This document shows, piece after piece, positions 16,039 to 23,622 of a stretch of 32,294 bases of DNA. A model generated the notes under the pieces. It had not been told where the DNA came from. It searched no databases and worked only from the letters and a program-made list of their open reading frames with translations. The DNA lies in assembly GCA_026396975.1 (NCBI GenBank), contig JAPLVT010000024.1:1-32294 (forward strand). Direction: 5' to 3'. The first letter of the stretch is position 1; every line of letters begins with the position of its first letter. A program made the translations under genes and the position numbers. The DNA is from Candidatus Iainarchaeum sp. GTDB lineage: Archaea; Iainarchaeota; Iainarchaeia; Iainarchaeales; GCA-2688035.

Positions 16039-16829
16039 ACTCGAGCAAGGCGCCCGACAGCGTAAGCGGAATAGCGCGCGTCAGGGAGCTGGGCCTTGAC
16101 GCCATGGAGCTAGAGTTTGTGAGGGGAGTTCACATGAGCCCTGCGGCCGCAAGGCAGGTTAATGCCGCAAGGGAGAGCAGCGGGGTTCTGCTTAGGGTGC
16201 ACGCGCCGTATTTCATAAACCTCAACAGCGCCGACAAAAAAAAGCTTGCCGCGAGCAGGAAAAGGATAATGGACAGCGCGGAAATAGGCGAATTGTGCGG
16301 CGCGCAAATTGTCACCTTTCACCTCGCATACTTCCAGGGGCAGCAGAAAGAAGAAGTGCTTGAGCGCGTTAGCGGAGTTATTGCCGAATTGGCTGAAGAG
16401 ATTGAGAAGAGCGGATGGAAAATAAGGCTGGCGCCGGAAACAACAGGCAAGCCGTCGCAGCTCGGCAGCCTGCAGGAAACATTGGAGATGTGCGAAAAAG
16501 TGAAAGGGCTGCTGCCGATGGTTGACTGGTCGCATTTGCACGCGAGGCAGAACGGAAGGTTCAAAAGCAAGGCGGATTTCGTGCGCGCAATAGAGGAAAT
16601 GCCCGAAAAGTTTATACATAACCTGCATATGCATGCGAGTGGAATCAATTTCACGGAAAAAGGCGAAAGGAACCACATGAACATGGAGGAAAAGGGAAAC
16701 ACTTTCAATTTCAGGTGGCTTCTTGAAGCCCTGCACGAGAAAAAAGCAGGCGGCTGCATCATCTGCGAAAGCCCTAACCTTGAAGAAGACGCCCTGCTAA
16801 TGCAGAAATACTGGGAAAAGCTCGGGTAA
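15999..16829 (+). CDS. nfo: Endonuclease IV-like AP endonuclease (xylose isomerase-like TIM barrel)
   Basis: FGTAGVP, VHAPYFINLNS, LAPETTGKPSQLGS, MVDWSHLHAR, LHMHASGINF..GERNH, and CESPN. This is the metal-ligand pattern of the AP endonuclease 2 family. Confidence 0.75.
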   Translation: MPAKMLFGTAGVPHSSKAPDSVSGIARVRELGLDAMELEFVRGVHMSPAAARQVNAARESSGVLLRVHAPYFINLNSADKKKLAASRKRIMDSAEIGELCGAQIVTFHLAYFQGQQKEEVLERVSGVIAELAEEIEKSGWKIRLAPETTGKPSQLGSLQETLEMCEKVKGLLPMVDWSHLHARQNGRFKSKADFVRAIEEMPEKFIHNLHMHASGINFTEKGERNHMNMEEKGNTFNFRWLLEALHEKKAGGCIICESPNLEEDALLMQKYWEKLG

Positions 16830-16887
16830 AGCCTTGAAGCCGGTTATGGGGTTCTGCCGAAGCCTGCTTGCCTGAAAAAGCACGGCG

Positions 16888-16907
16888 AAAAAAAGCTGGA
16901 AAAAAAA
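16888..16907 (-). terminator. Oligo-T tracts (minus strand) after 16910..17527
   Basis: The minus strand shows T8 (16900-16907) and T7 (16888-16894) immediately after the stop. Confidence 0.45.
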
Positions 16908-16909
16908 GT

Positions 16910-17527
16910 TTAGGCTTTCCCTTCAAGCTCTGCAACAATCTGCTTGACAATCTTTCCCTTGTCAATCTTTGCCTGAAGAGCCTTCGCAATTTTCTCGGGA
17001 TTTTTGAAGCCGGCTTGCCTAAGAGCAGCAATGAAATTGGCGTCTCGGGCGGGGTTTTTCGGGCAGCCCTGCTTTCTCAGCAAATTAGCCAGTTGCCGCT
17101 GCGGAGAAACTGTTTTTTGAGGTTCGGGTGCAACAGCCTTTGCAGCCCGCTTTGCGCCCGGCTCTTCGCCGCGCGCCAGCGCGTCAAGCGCTGCAGCCGC
17201 GGCACCCGCACGGCCTATATGGGTTTGGCCGTGCCTTGCGCCTTCCACTATCTTATCGGCTTGCGCAGCCGAACGCGCGTCAAGGCTCGGGCCATGCAAG
17301 CCTGCGGGCATTTTTTCAAATTGCTTTGCCCTGCGCTTTTTTTCAGCCGCACCCGCCTTGGCTTCAAGCGTTTTTGCACGCATTTCAAGTTGGGTTGCTC
17401 TTCCAAGCATTTTATGTGCAGAAGCCGGTTTTGCGCTGGCATTACGCCTCAGCATTGCCGCCCGGGCTTTCTTTTTTGCCGCACTTTTGCGCAAAAAATC
17501 CGGTGTTCTCCAAAACAAAAGCCCCAT
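16910..17527 (-). CDS. Ala/Lys-rich basic protein of unknown function
   Basis: 205 aa, low complexity (AAKKKARAA, EKKRRAKQ), with a structured-looking C-terminus (NFIAALRQAGFKNPEKIAKALQAKIDKGKIVKQIVAELEGKA). A TATA box lies 26 nt upstream of the ATG. The overlapping plus-strand ORF is Cys/Arg-rich junk. Confidence 0.5.
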   Translation of the reverse strand: MGLLFWRTPDFLRKSAAKKKARAAMLRRNASAKPASAHKMLGRATQLEMRAKTLEAKAGAAEKKRRAKQFEKMPAGLHGPSLDARSAAQADKIVEGARHGQTHIGRAGAAAAALDALARGEEPGAKRAAKAVAPEPQKTVSPQRQLANLLRKQGCPKNPARDANFIAALRQAGFKNPEKIAKALQAKIDKGKIVKQIVAELEGKA

Positions 17528-17549
17528 AATTAATTACGCTCTGCAGAAG

Positions 17550-17557
17550 TATTTATT
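17550..17557 (-). promoter_or_regulatory. TATA-like box for 16910..17527
   Basis: The minus strand reads AATAAATA, centred about 26 nt upstream of ATG 17527, implying a leaderless transcript. Confidence 0.4.
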
Positions 17558-17692
17558 CCTTTCTTCTCCGTTCAGAACACCGAACGCCTTGCCACTGCAG
17601 CCGATTGGCGGGGGCGCAATGGCACTCGCGCAGGCAGCTTTGCAATCAGATTCACATTGTTTTGCGCTTTTGGGCGGCAACGCCAGCACAGG

Positions 17693-18586
17693 TCAGTCCT
17701 TTGTTCCCATGAGCAGGGCTATTGCAAAGGCCGCAGCAAAAGCCGCAAGAGCCCTTGTCTTGAAGTAAGCAATCGAAAGCATCTGCTCTGACGGCAGGCC
17801 CAACCATGCCATTGAAAGAGCCATGGACAAAACCGCGCAAATTGCAAGCGCCAACAGGAACCGCCGCATTCCGTTCAAAAAATCAGTGAAAGAGCTTTTT
17901 ACGAAAATAATGCCGCAGGCAATAAGCAGGACAAAAAGCACTGTGCCCCACAACTCGTCGGGAGCCGCTATTATTATGCCGCTCAGAACGCCGAGCTGCA
18001 CAACCACGGCATAGCAGAAAAGCGCGAGTTCGCTGTTGTCCCTCAGCTGCACGCGAATTTTTTTCAAAAACCCTTCTCCCGTGCCGCCGGACTGCTGCTT
18101 CGAAAGCGGCTTTGCTGCGGCAAACCGGCTTCCCGGTTCGGGCTTTTCCCCGCCCTTGCTTTCCATTGTCGCTGCAGCGGCCTGCAACATCTGCTTTTTG
18201 AGCAGTGCGACTTTCATCGAACGCGCAACGTCAAACTGCTCTTTGAATGAAATCGCGGCTATTGCAAAGGAAAGCAGCGTGCAGGCAATCCCGAAAATAC
18301 CCGCGGCCATTGACCATGCGCTGGCGCCAGCGGTTTCCGCGAAAGAAGCGAGGAAAAAAACCGCTGATGCCGCAAGAACCGCGATCAGCAGTATTCTTTT
18401 TGACAGCCCGGCGAACCATGCGGCGACAGCAACAAGCAGTATCAGCCCTATGAAAATCGTTATTGCGCACATCAGCACGAGCACAAGCGTGCTTACGTCG
18501 CCCTCAATCGCCTTTGGCATTACCTCCTGCAGCGCGTAGCTTGCTGCCTGGTAAAGCATAGCGTTAAGGTCTAATTCTGCTGGCAT
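17693..18586 (-). CDS. Polytopic membrane protein of unknown function
   Basis: 297 aa. N-terminal and C-terminal clusters of TM helices flank a hydrophilic loop (KKQMLQAAAATMESKGGEKPEPGSRF...). Confidence 0.7.
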   Translation of the reverse strand: MPAELDLNAMLYQAASYALQEVMPKAIEGDVSTLVLVLMCAITIFIGLILLVAVAAWFAGLSKRILLIAVLAASAVFFLASFAETAGASAWSMAAGIFGIACTLLSFAIAAISFKEQFDVARSMKVALLKKQMLQAAAATMESKGGEKPEPGSRFAAAKPLSKQQSGGTGEGFLKKIRVQLRDNSELALFCYAVVVQLGVLSGIIIAAPDELWGTVLFVLLIACGIIFVKSSFTDFLNGMRRFLLALAICAVLSMALSMAWLGLPSEQMLSIAYFKTRALAAFAAAFAIALLMGTKD

Positions 18587-18606
18587 TATAAGAGATTTTG
18601 GCTTAA

Positions 18607-18625
18607 GGTATATAAATATTTAAAG
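18607..18625. promoter_or_regulatory. AT-rich TATA region in a divergent intergenic spacer
   Basis: GGTATATAAATATTTAAAG lies about 30 nt upstream of the minus-strand ATG at 18586. A second box (AATATTTAAAGAAATT, about 18663-18678) precedes the plus-strand ATG at 18691. Confidence 0.45.
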
Positions 18626-18690
18626 CAGGGGCGATTTCCGGCAAAAACCTAAAAAAAATGATGAATATTTAAAGAAATTGAGAGAAGTGA

Positions 18691-18987
18691 ATGTTTATGG
18701 CGGAAGCAGCCAAGGACAGCAAGGAAGCAAAGGACGATATAGGCACTGCCGACAAATGGTTCGGCAAGCTCAGCGACTGGCTCGGCGAAAAAATAAGCGC
18801 TTTTGTTGCTTTCCTGTTCCTTTTGTTTGCGGCCGGCGCCCTTTACGGCACTTTCATCGTGCCGAGATTCCAGCAGCTCGGCGCGCTGCTTCTTGCGGCG
18901 CCGATAGTGCTCGCGGCAGTCGCTTACTACAACAGGGCTGCAGCGCTGGTACTTTTTGGCGGCCTGATGCTTTTTTTTATACTGTGA
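18691..18987 (+). CDS. Small membrane protein (98 aa)
   Basis: Charged N-terminus (AEAAKDSKEAKDD) followed by three hydrophobic helices. Confidence 0.55.
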   Translation: MFMAEAAKDSKEAKDDIGTADKWFGKLSDWLGEKISAFVAFLFLLFAAGALYGTFIVPRFQQLGALLLAAPIVLAAVAYYNRAAALVLFGGLMLFFIL

Positions 18988-19042
18988 TATTTGCATAGCA
19001 AAAATGGCTCGGGCTTATTGTGGCGGGGGAGCGTGATTGTTT

Positions 19043-19636
19043 ATGGACGGCAGGATAACTCTTTCGGTGAACGAATTCAAGGCGCTTGCCAGCGACACGC
19101 GGGCTTCGATAATAAAGCTATTGCAGGAGCGGAACCACACGCTCAGCGAGCTGAGCAAAAAGCTCAGCCTTGCTGCTCCGACTGTAAAGCAGCATTTGAG
19201 CATCCTAGAGGGCGCGGAAATAATCCAGGGGCTTGAGGAAGGGAGAAAGTGGAAGTACTACTCCCTGACGAAGAAGGGAAAGAACATTTTTTCGCCGGAG
19301 CAGTCGGCAAACATTCTTGTAGTATTGTGCACCAGCATAATAGCGCTCGGCGCCGCGATTTACTGGTTTGTTTTAACGCTCGGCTTCCAGGCAAGGGATT
19401 TTGCAGGCGCCGGCAGCAGGCTTTTGCAGGCACCTGCCAACGCGCTCCCTGACGCGGGAAGCGCTACAGCGGGCGCGGCTGAAACTGCTGCGGGCGCCAC
19501 AATACAGAAAGCAGGCGAAACAGCTTTCGCTGTTTCAATCGGCGGCGCTCCGCTTGAAACTGTCTTAGCGCTTCTGGCGCTGGTTGTTTTTCTTGCCCTG
19601 CTGGCAGGCTTCGCAGTTGGAAAGCTTAAAAGGTAG
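19043..19636 (+). CDS. ArsR-family winged-helix regulator fused to C-terminal transmembrane segments
   Basis: FKALASDTRASIIKLLQERNHTLSELSKKLSLAAPTVKQHLSILEGAEII...KYYSLTKKG, then TM (ILVVLCTSIIALGAAIYWFVL), an Ala/Gly-rich linker, and a terminal TM (VLALLALVVFLALLAGFAV). ATG 19043 is preceded by GGGGGAG; the track start at 19037 is TTG. Confidence 0.8.
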   Translation: MDGRITLSVNEFKALASDTRASIIKLLQERNHTLSELSKKLSLAAPTVKQHLSILEGAEIIQGLEEGRKWKYYSLTKKGKNIFSPEQSANILVVLCTSIIALGAAIYWFVLTLGFQARDFAGAGSRLLQAPANALPDAGSATAGAAETAAGATIQKAGETAFAVSIGGAPLETVLALLALVVFLALLAGFAVGKLKR

Positions 19637-20602
19637 CATGCCTGCCTTGCTTAGCTCGATTAGGTAATTTGGCTTGTGGGGCTGGCTGTAAAGCACCAGG
19701 TAGCTTGTTGTCTGCTTGACGCCCTTGATAGCGTAAATTTTTTTCAGGAATTCGAACAATTCGGCAACGTTTTTTACCCTCGCTATCGCCATCAGGTTCT
19801 GCCAGGAGAGAATGTGGTTAAGCTCGTGGATTTCATTCATTTCAACGAGCGCCTTCACAACGCTCGAAAGCATTGTTGCATCAACGTCAAGCAGCATTAT
19901 CGCTTTCATTCCGAACCCGAGCTCGTCGTAGTATTCGGGGTTCACAACAGGGGTTTTCTTCATAAGCACATTTTGGCCCCAGAGCATTCTCCAGCGCTTG
20001 CTGACAGTGTTCCTGTGGAGCGAAAGCCCCGCGGCTATTTCGCGCACGCCCAGGTCAGGGTGCAGCATCTTGCAGTTCAAAATGTCAAAATCTGTTTTGC
20101 AGAGCCCCTTGTAGGGGGTTGTGTCTGTTAGAGCGACGTTATGGGTCTTGTACATTGCCACACAGAACAGCACTTTCGGCTCATCGAGCGCGCCTTTCTG
20201 GTTTGTTGCGAGCCGCATCACGAAATCGTTCAGCGCCGCGATATCCTTTTCAATCACTTTTATCGCAAGGTCGTGCTCTCCCGTGATAAACGAAACAACA
20301 TGAATCTGCGGGTAGGAAAGCAGGCTTTCGAAAAGGCTTTTTGCCGCAAAGCCGGGGGCGCCTGCCGCAACCCCGGGCTTGAACTTGAAAAGCACCCACG
20401 CCATTGTGGAAAAGCCCAGGCGCAGGTAATTCAGGCGGAAATTATAGCGCAGAATCACCCTGTCCCTGCGCATCTTTTTGAGGCAGTAAGAGACAGTGCT
20501 AGGCTTAAGGCGCAGCTCCCTGGCGACCTCTGCATCAGGCAGCTGGGCACCCCTGTCGCACACAAAACGCAAAATCTTGATGTCAATTTTGTTTAAGCCC
20601 AC
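19565..20602 (-). CDS. Tandem-duplicated Lrp/AsnC-type transcriptional regulator (two HTH + effector-domain modules)
   Basis: Module 1: IDIKILRFVCDRG..AEVARELRLKPSTVSYCLKKMRRDRVILRYNFRLNYLRLGF. Module 2: TDFDILNCKMLHPDLGVREIAAGLSLHRNTVSKRWRMLWGQNVL..VNPEYYDELGF. GTG start. The 3' end overlaps the convergent ArsR gene by 72 nt. Confidence 0.75.
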   Translation of the reverse strand: MGLNKIDIKILRFVCDRGAQLPDAEVARELRLKPSTVSYCLKKMRRDRVILRYNFRLNYLRLGFSTMAWVLFKFKPGVAAGAPGFAAKSLFESLLSYPQIHVVSFITGEHDLAIKVIEKDIAALNDFVMRLATNQKGALDEPKVLFCVAMYKTHNVALTDTTPYKGLCKTDFDILNCKMLHPDLGVREIAAGLSLHRNTVSKRWRMLWGQNVLMKKTPVVNPEYYDELGFGMKAIMLLDVDATMLSSVVKALVEMNEIHELNHILSWQNLMAIARVKNVAELFEFLKKIYAIKGVKQTTSYLVLYSQPHKPNYLIELSKAGMLPFKLSNCEACQQGKKNNQRQKR

Positions 20603-20745
20603 AAAAAAACACCAGTATATATTATAAAAGCAAATTTATTTAATTCCTTGCTAAAATGCACACTTTTACGGCAAAAAAGCGTGTTTTTGCTAAAAACGTC
20701 TTTAATATTTGTTAACGCATAAGATATAATGGTGGGGGGGCCGGG

Positions 20746-21015
20746 ATGACTACAAAATACAGCATTCTGAAATTCGTTGCCGTAGCTGGCACTATCTTCT
20801 CCATTTACAACGCCTGCACCGAAAGGCTGCTCCTGGAGGACATAATAATCATTATTCTTATAGCGGCAGCCCTTGTGGCAATGGACGCAGAAAACACCAT
20901 GGGAAAGCATCGCAAGAAAGCCGAAGCAGCGCACGAACTCGACAAAAAACTTGAGGCGCTGGACGAAATCGGGGAAATAATACACAAAAAGCTCGAGGGA
21001 ACAGCTGTTAACTAG
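20746..21015 (+). CDS. Small membrane protein with a C-terminal charged helix
   Basis: 89 aa. Two TM helices, then KHRKKAEAAHELDKKLEALDEIGEIIHKKLE. GGTGGGGGGG precedes the ATG. Confidence 0.55.
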   Translation: MTTKYSILKFVAVAGTIFSIYNACTERLLLEDIIIIILIAAALVAMDAENTMGKHRKKAEAAHELDKKLEALDEIGEIIHKKLEGTAVN

Positions 21016-21054
21016 AAACAAGCGCACGCGCCGGCTCTTTTAACAAAACGCGAA

Positions 21055-21083
21055 AAGCGAAAACAAAAAGCGGCTTTTCGCTT
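21055..21083. promoter_or_regulatory. 9-bp inverted repeat upstream of the plus-strand pilin-like operon
   Basis: AAGCGAAAA (21055-21063) and TTTTCGCTT (21075-21083), within a GCGAAAA-rich spacer. AAAATTTAAAC follows about 25 nt before the start at 21136. Confidence 0.3.
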
Positions 21084-21135
21084 AACAACGAAAAAAGCGA
21101 AAAAATTTAAACATCCGCGCGCCAGCGCTTCTTTG

Positions 21136-21669
21136 ATGAACAGCAAGGGCATTTTTTGCATCGCACTACTGCTCGCGGCAGCAGGCATCGAACTGGGGAT
21201 GCGGCAAAGTTCCGCACTTGCAAACGCGAAAACCGCAGAAGCGAAAACAATCGCGCTCGAAGCGGAACAACTGAACATGGCGCGCACGGCAATAGAAGAG
21301 AACACAGACGCCATTATCCTGCAAACACTGCGCGAGCAGCTGCAGCAAAACAAAACACCGGAAGAAATAAAGCGGGCTGTAAATAGCAGGCTCGCGGCGC
21401 TTTTCACTGCAACAGAAAAAAATTACACGCGCGGAATCACAGTGGAATTCGCCATAGGAAGCGGCGGCAACGCAGACACTGCTTTCCTCAACGAAAACAG
21501 CAGCATCATTGTTTTGCCCGCTGGCGGCAGAACAATAGCAGGGGAATACTCCTTCACGGGCGGACTGCTGCGCAACAAGGCGGTGCAGGCGGAAATCACC
21601 GGCAGCAGAACAAGGCAATTGTTCAGGATTCCCGCAGGCTACACCATCAGGGCAACAGTGGTGAAATGA
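21136..21669 (+). CDS. Type IV pilin-like protein (class III signal peptide candidate)
   Basis: The N-terminus MNSKG|IFCIALLLAAAGIEL has a basic residue plus Gly, then a hydrophobic helix. First gene of a four-gene overlapping operon. Confidence 0.55.
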   Translation: MNSKGIFCIALLLAAAGIELGMRQSSALANAKTAEAKTIALEAEQLNMARTAIEENTDAIILQTLREQLQQNKTPEEIKRAVNSRLAALFTATEKNYTRGITVEFAIGSGGNADTAFLNENSSIIVLPAGGRTIAGEYSFTGGLLRNKAVQAEITGSRTRQLFRIPAGYTIRATVVK

Positions 21670-22049
21670 ACGGAAAAAGGGAAAAAAGGTTTTTTGGGGC
21701 AGCGCAGGCGCAGCTCGAAGCGCTCATATGCATCGCTTTTTTCATTGCAATGCTCGGCGCGTTGCTGCATTCCCTTGGCCAGGCAAAGCAGGCGGCGGAC
21801 GCCGCAGGTGAAGCGCTGCAGGCGAAAAGCAACGCGCTGCTCTGCTGCGCTGCAGTGGACAGCACCTACAGCAACAGCGCAGCCGGATTATTGGACGAAG
21901 AGCTGCATTGCACCGCGGAAAGCGGCATGATGCTCAGCAGCGCTGGCGAAAAAACAAAAGAGGCAGACTGCATTGCCCCCGGCATCAAAACTGCGCAGAA
22001 CAGCGGCAAAACAAGGATAGAGGTAACTCTGAATGAGCACTACAGATAG
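21666..22049 (+). CDS. Type IV pilin-like protein (class III signal peptide candidate)
   Basis: KRFFGAA|QAQLEALICIAFFIAMLGALL resembles the QxSxExxxL archaeal class III motif. ATGA overlap with the upstream gene. Confidence 0.6.
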   Translation: MNGKREKRFFGAAQAQLEALICIAFFIAMLGALLHSLGQAKQAADAAGEALQAKSNALLCCAAVDSTYSNSAAGLLDEELHCTAESGMMLSSAGEKTKEADCIAPGIKTAQNSGKTRIEVTLNEHYR

Positions 22050-22572
22050 CGGGGGAAGCCGCACGGGGGGATTTGTGTTCTGCTGTGACCAAGCTATAGC
22101 AAACAAGCGCAGGGGCGCCCGCAAGGGATTTATTTTCTCCCTTGACCTCGCAATCGCGCTAATCACAGTGTTGCTGATGCTGAACCTCGCGCTGCTGCAC
22201 TTCAACGAGGAGAAAGAATCACTGCTGGCGGGCGCAAAAAAATCCGAACTGCAAAAAAACGCGCTGCTGCTGGCGGACTCTCTGGTGAAAAACAACAACG
22301 CGGAAAACCCGCTGCTTGGAGCGGCTTTCTTTGACAACGAAAAGCACAGGGTGCTAAGCAATGTTGTGCAAAAGGAACTGCTGCGGGAAGCACAGGCGGA
22401 TTCTTTCGGAGGCTGGCACGCCCAGGCACTTTCACTAAAAACAAAAAACGGCGCGGAAGAAACATTTTTCGCGGAGGAGAAACAGGCCGGCAAGGACTGC
22501 GTGGCTGTCGAGCGGTTTGTAATCGCGGGAACGGAAAAAGCGCTGCTGCGGGTGGCTGCCTGTGAGGAGTAA
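22033..22572 (+). CDS. Type IV pilin-like protein (class III signal peptide candidate)
   Basis: RRGARKG|FIFSLDLAIALITVLLML is the typical archaeal prepilin/archaellin-type cleavage context. An alternative GTG start at 22075, preceded by GGGGGG, would give a 17-aa leader. Confidence 0.65.
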   Translation: MSTTDSGGSRTGGFVFCCDQAIANKRRGARKGFIFSLDLAIALITVLLMLNLALLHFNEEKESLLAGAKKSELQKNALLLADSLVKNNNAENPLLGAAFFDNEKHRVLSNVVQKELLREAQADSFGGWHAQALSLKTKNGAEETFFAEEKQAGKDCVAVERFVIAGTEKALLRVAACEE

Positions 22573-22912
22573 CGGGCTGTATTTCACTGCCGATGCGCTG
22601 CTTTCGCTGCTGCTTCTATCCGCACTGCTGGCGCTCCCGGCACAGCAGCAGGAAGCTGACTGGAGCCAATTGCTCGCGCTGCAGAAGGAAAACGACCTGC
22701 TAAAAATATGGGCTGCCGAAGGAATGCCTTTCAACGAAGTTGAAATCATTAGCGACGCGCAATTTGTTTTCCCTGGCAGCGGAATGAAAATAACGCTGGA
22801 TGGAAAAGAAATTCCGCTCGGGGCGGAAACAGGCAGCGCGATTGCGTCCGAAATAATTTTTTTTGACAGCGGAATGCAAAAGCACACCATTCAGCTTGCG
22901 GTATACAGGTAA
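22562..22912 (+). CDS. Type IV pilin-like protein (class III signal peptide candidate)
   Basis: (GTG)RSNG|LYFTADALLSLLLLSALLAL. Overlaps the upstream gene by 11 nt. Confidence 0.65.
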   Translation: MRSNGLYFTADALLSLLLLSALLALPAQQQEADWSQLLALQKENDLLKIWAAEGMPFNEVEIISDAQFVFPGSGMKITLDGKEIPLGAETGSAIASEIIFFDSGMQKHTIQLAVYR

Positions 22913-23304
22913 ACAAGCCCGGCCTTCTTTTCCACGACAAAAACCTTCCTGCCGGAGAAAACAATTTTTGGAAAATCAACGGAATTGGGAAGCAATACGC
23001 CCAGGGTTTTTTCTCCGCCAGCCCCGTTTTCCAATGCAACAAAAAAATTTTCCCCCTCAGCCCGGACAGTCCACTTGCCAAAAGGCTGCGCCTCAACAGA
23101 GGCGATGCTGCCATCGGCCAGAAAACGCGCTTCGTCAACAGCGTGCTGCAGGCGGCCTGCAAAAACAGCCGCGTTCTCCCTGTCAAGCGCGAGCAGCGCG
23201 TCGCTGTGGACGCGCTGCACTGTCGGCAGCAGAACTGCGACGACTGCAAAGACAGCCGCAAGCAGCAGCAGGAACTCCAGGCTCAGCTGGCCGCCAGAAC
23301 GCAT
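22891..23304 (-). CDS. Type IV pilin-like protein with a canonical class III signal peptide
   Basis: MRSGG|QLSLEFLLLLAAVFAVVAVLL matches QxSxExxxL exactly. 137 aa. The 3' end overlaps the convergent gene by 22 nt. Confidence 0.75.
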   Translation of the reverse strand: MRSGGQLSLEFLLLLAAVFAVVAVLLPTVQRVHSDALLALDRENAAVFAGRLQHAVDEARFLADGSIASVEAQPFGKWTVRAEGENFFVALENGAGGEKTLGVLLPNSVDFPKIVFSGRKVFVVEKKAGLVYLYTAS

Positions 23305-23315
23305 AATGAAACAAC

Positions 23316-23495
23316 TCAGATGTCCTCTATTTCTTGGAAAATTTTCTTGCTTTTCTCTTCAATGACCTTTGTTCCCTCGCTGCTGGTCTGCTGCAGCTGC
23401 GAAACAAGCAGCAGCACTAGCGCAACCACTGCCGCGAGAACTATTATCAGTTCCACTGAAATCTGCGCCTTCGCGTCCATGAAAAAATTTTTCAT
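23316..23495 (-). CDS. Small (59 aa) major-pilin-like protein with a class III signal peptide
   Basis: MKNFFMDAKA|QISVELIIVLAAVVALVLLLV. GGAGGT lies 8 nt upstream of ATG 23495. The track ORF (to 23894) carries an implausible 133-aa N-terminal extension. Confidence 0.75.
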   Translation of the reverse strand: MKNFFMDAKAQISVELIIVLAAVVALVLLLVSQLQQTSSEGTKVIEEKSKKIFQEIEDI

Positions 23496-23622
23496 GAAAA
23501 AAACCTCCATCGCATAAGAAATTTGCTGCAAAGAGAAGCAATAAAAAGCGCGCGAAAAATTCGGCGCAAGACGAACTCTGCGCAAGTTTGTTTTTAATTG
23601 TTTTCTAGGAAAAGTTCTTTGG

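Noticed and set aside
16868-17533. 221-aa plus-strand ORF opposite 16910..17527
   Set aside because: It has Cys/Arg/Phe-rich composition and no promoter or terminator context. The minus-strand ORF has a TATA box at -26 and oligo-T terminators. Strand assignment still has only moderate confidence.
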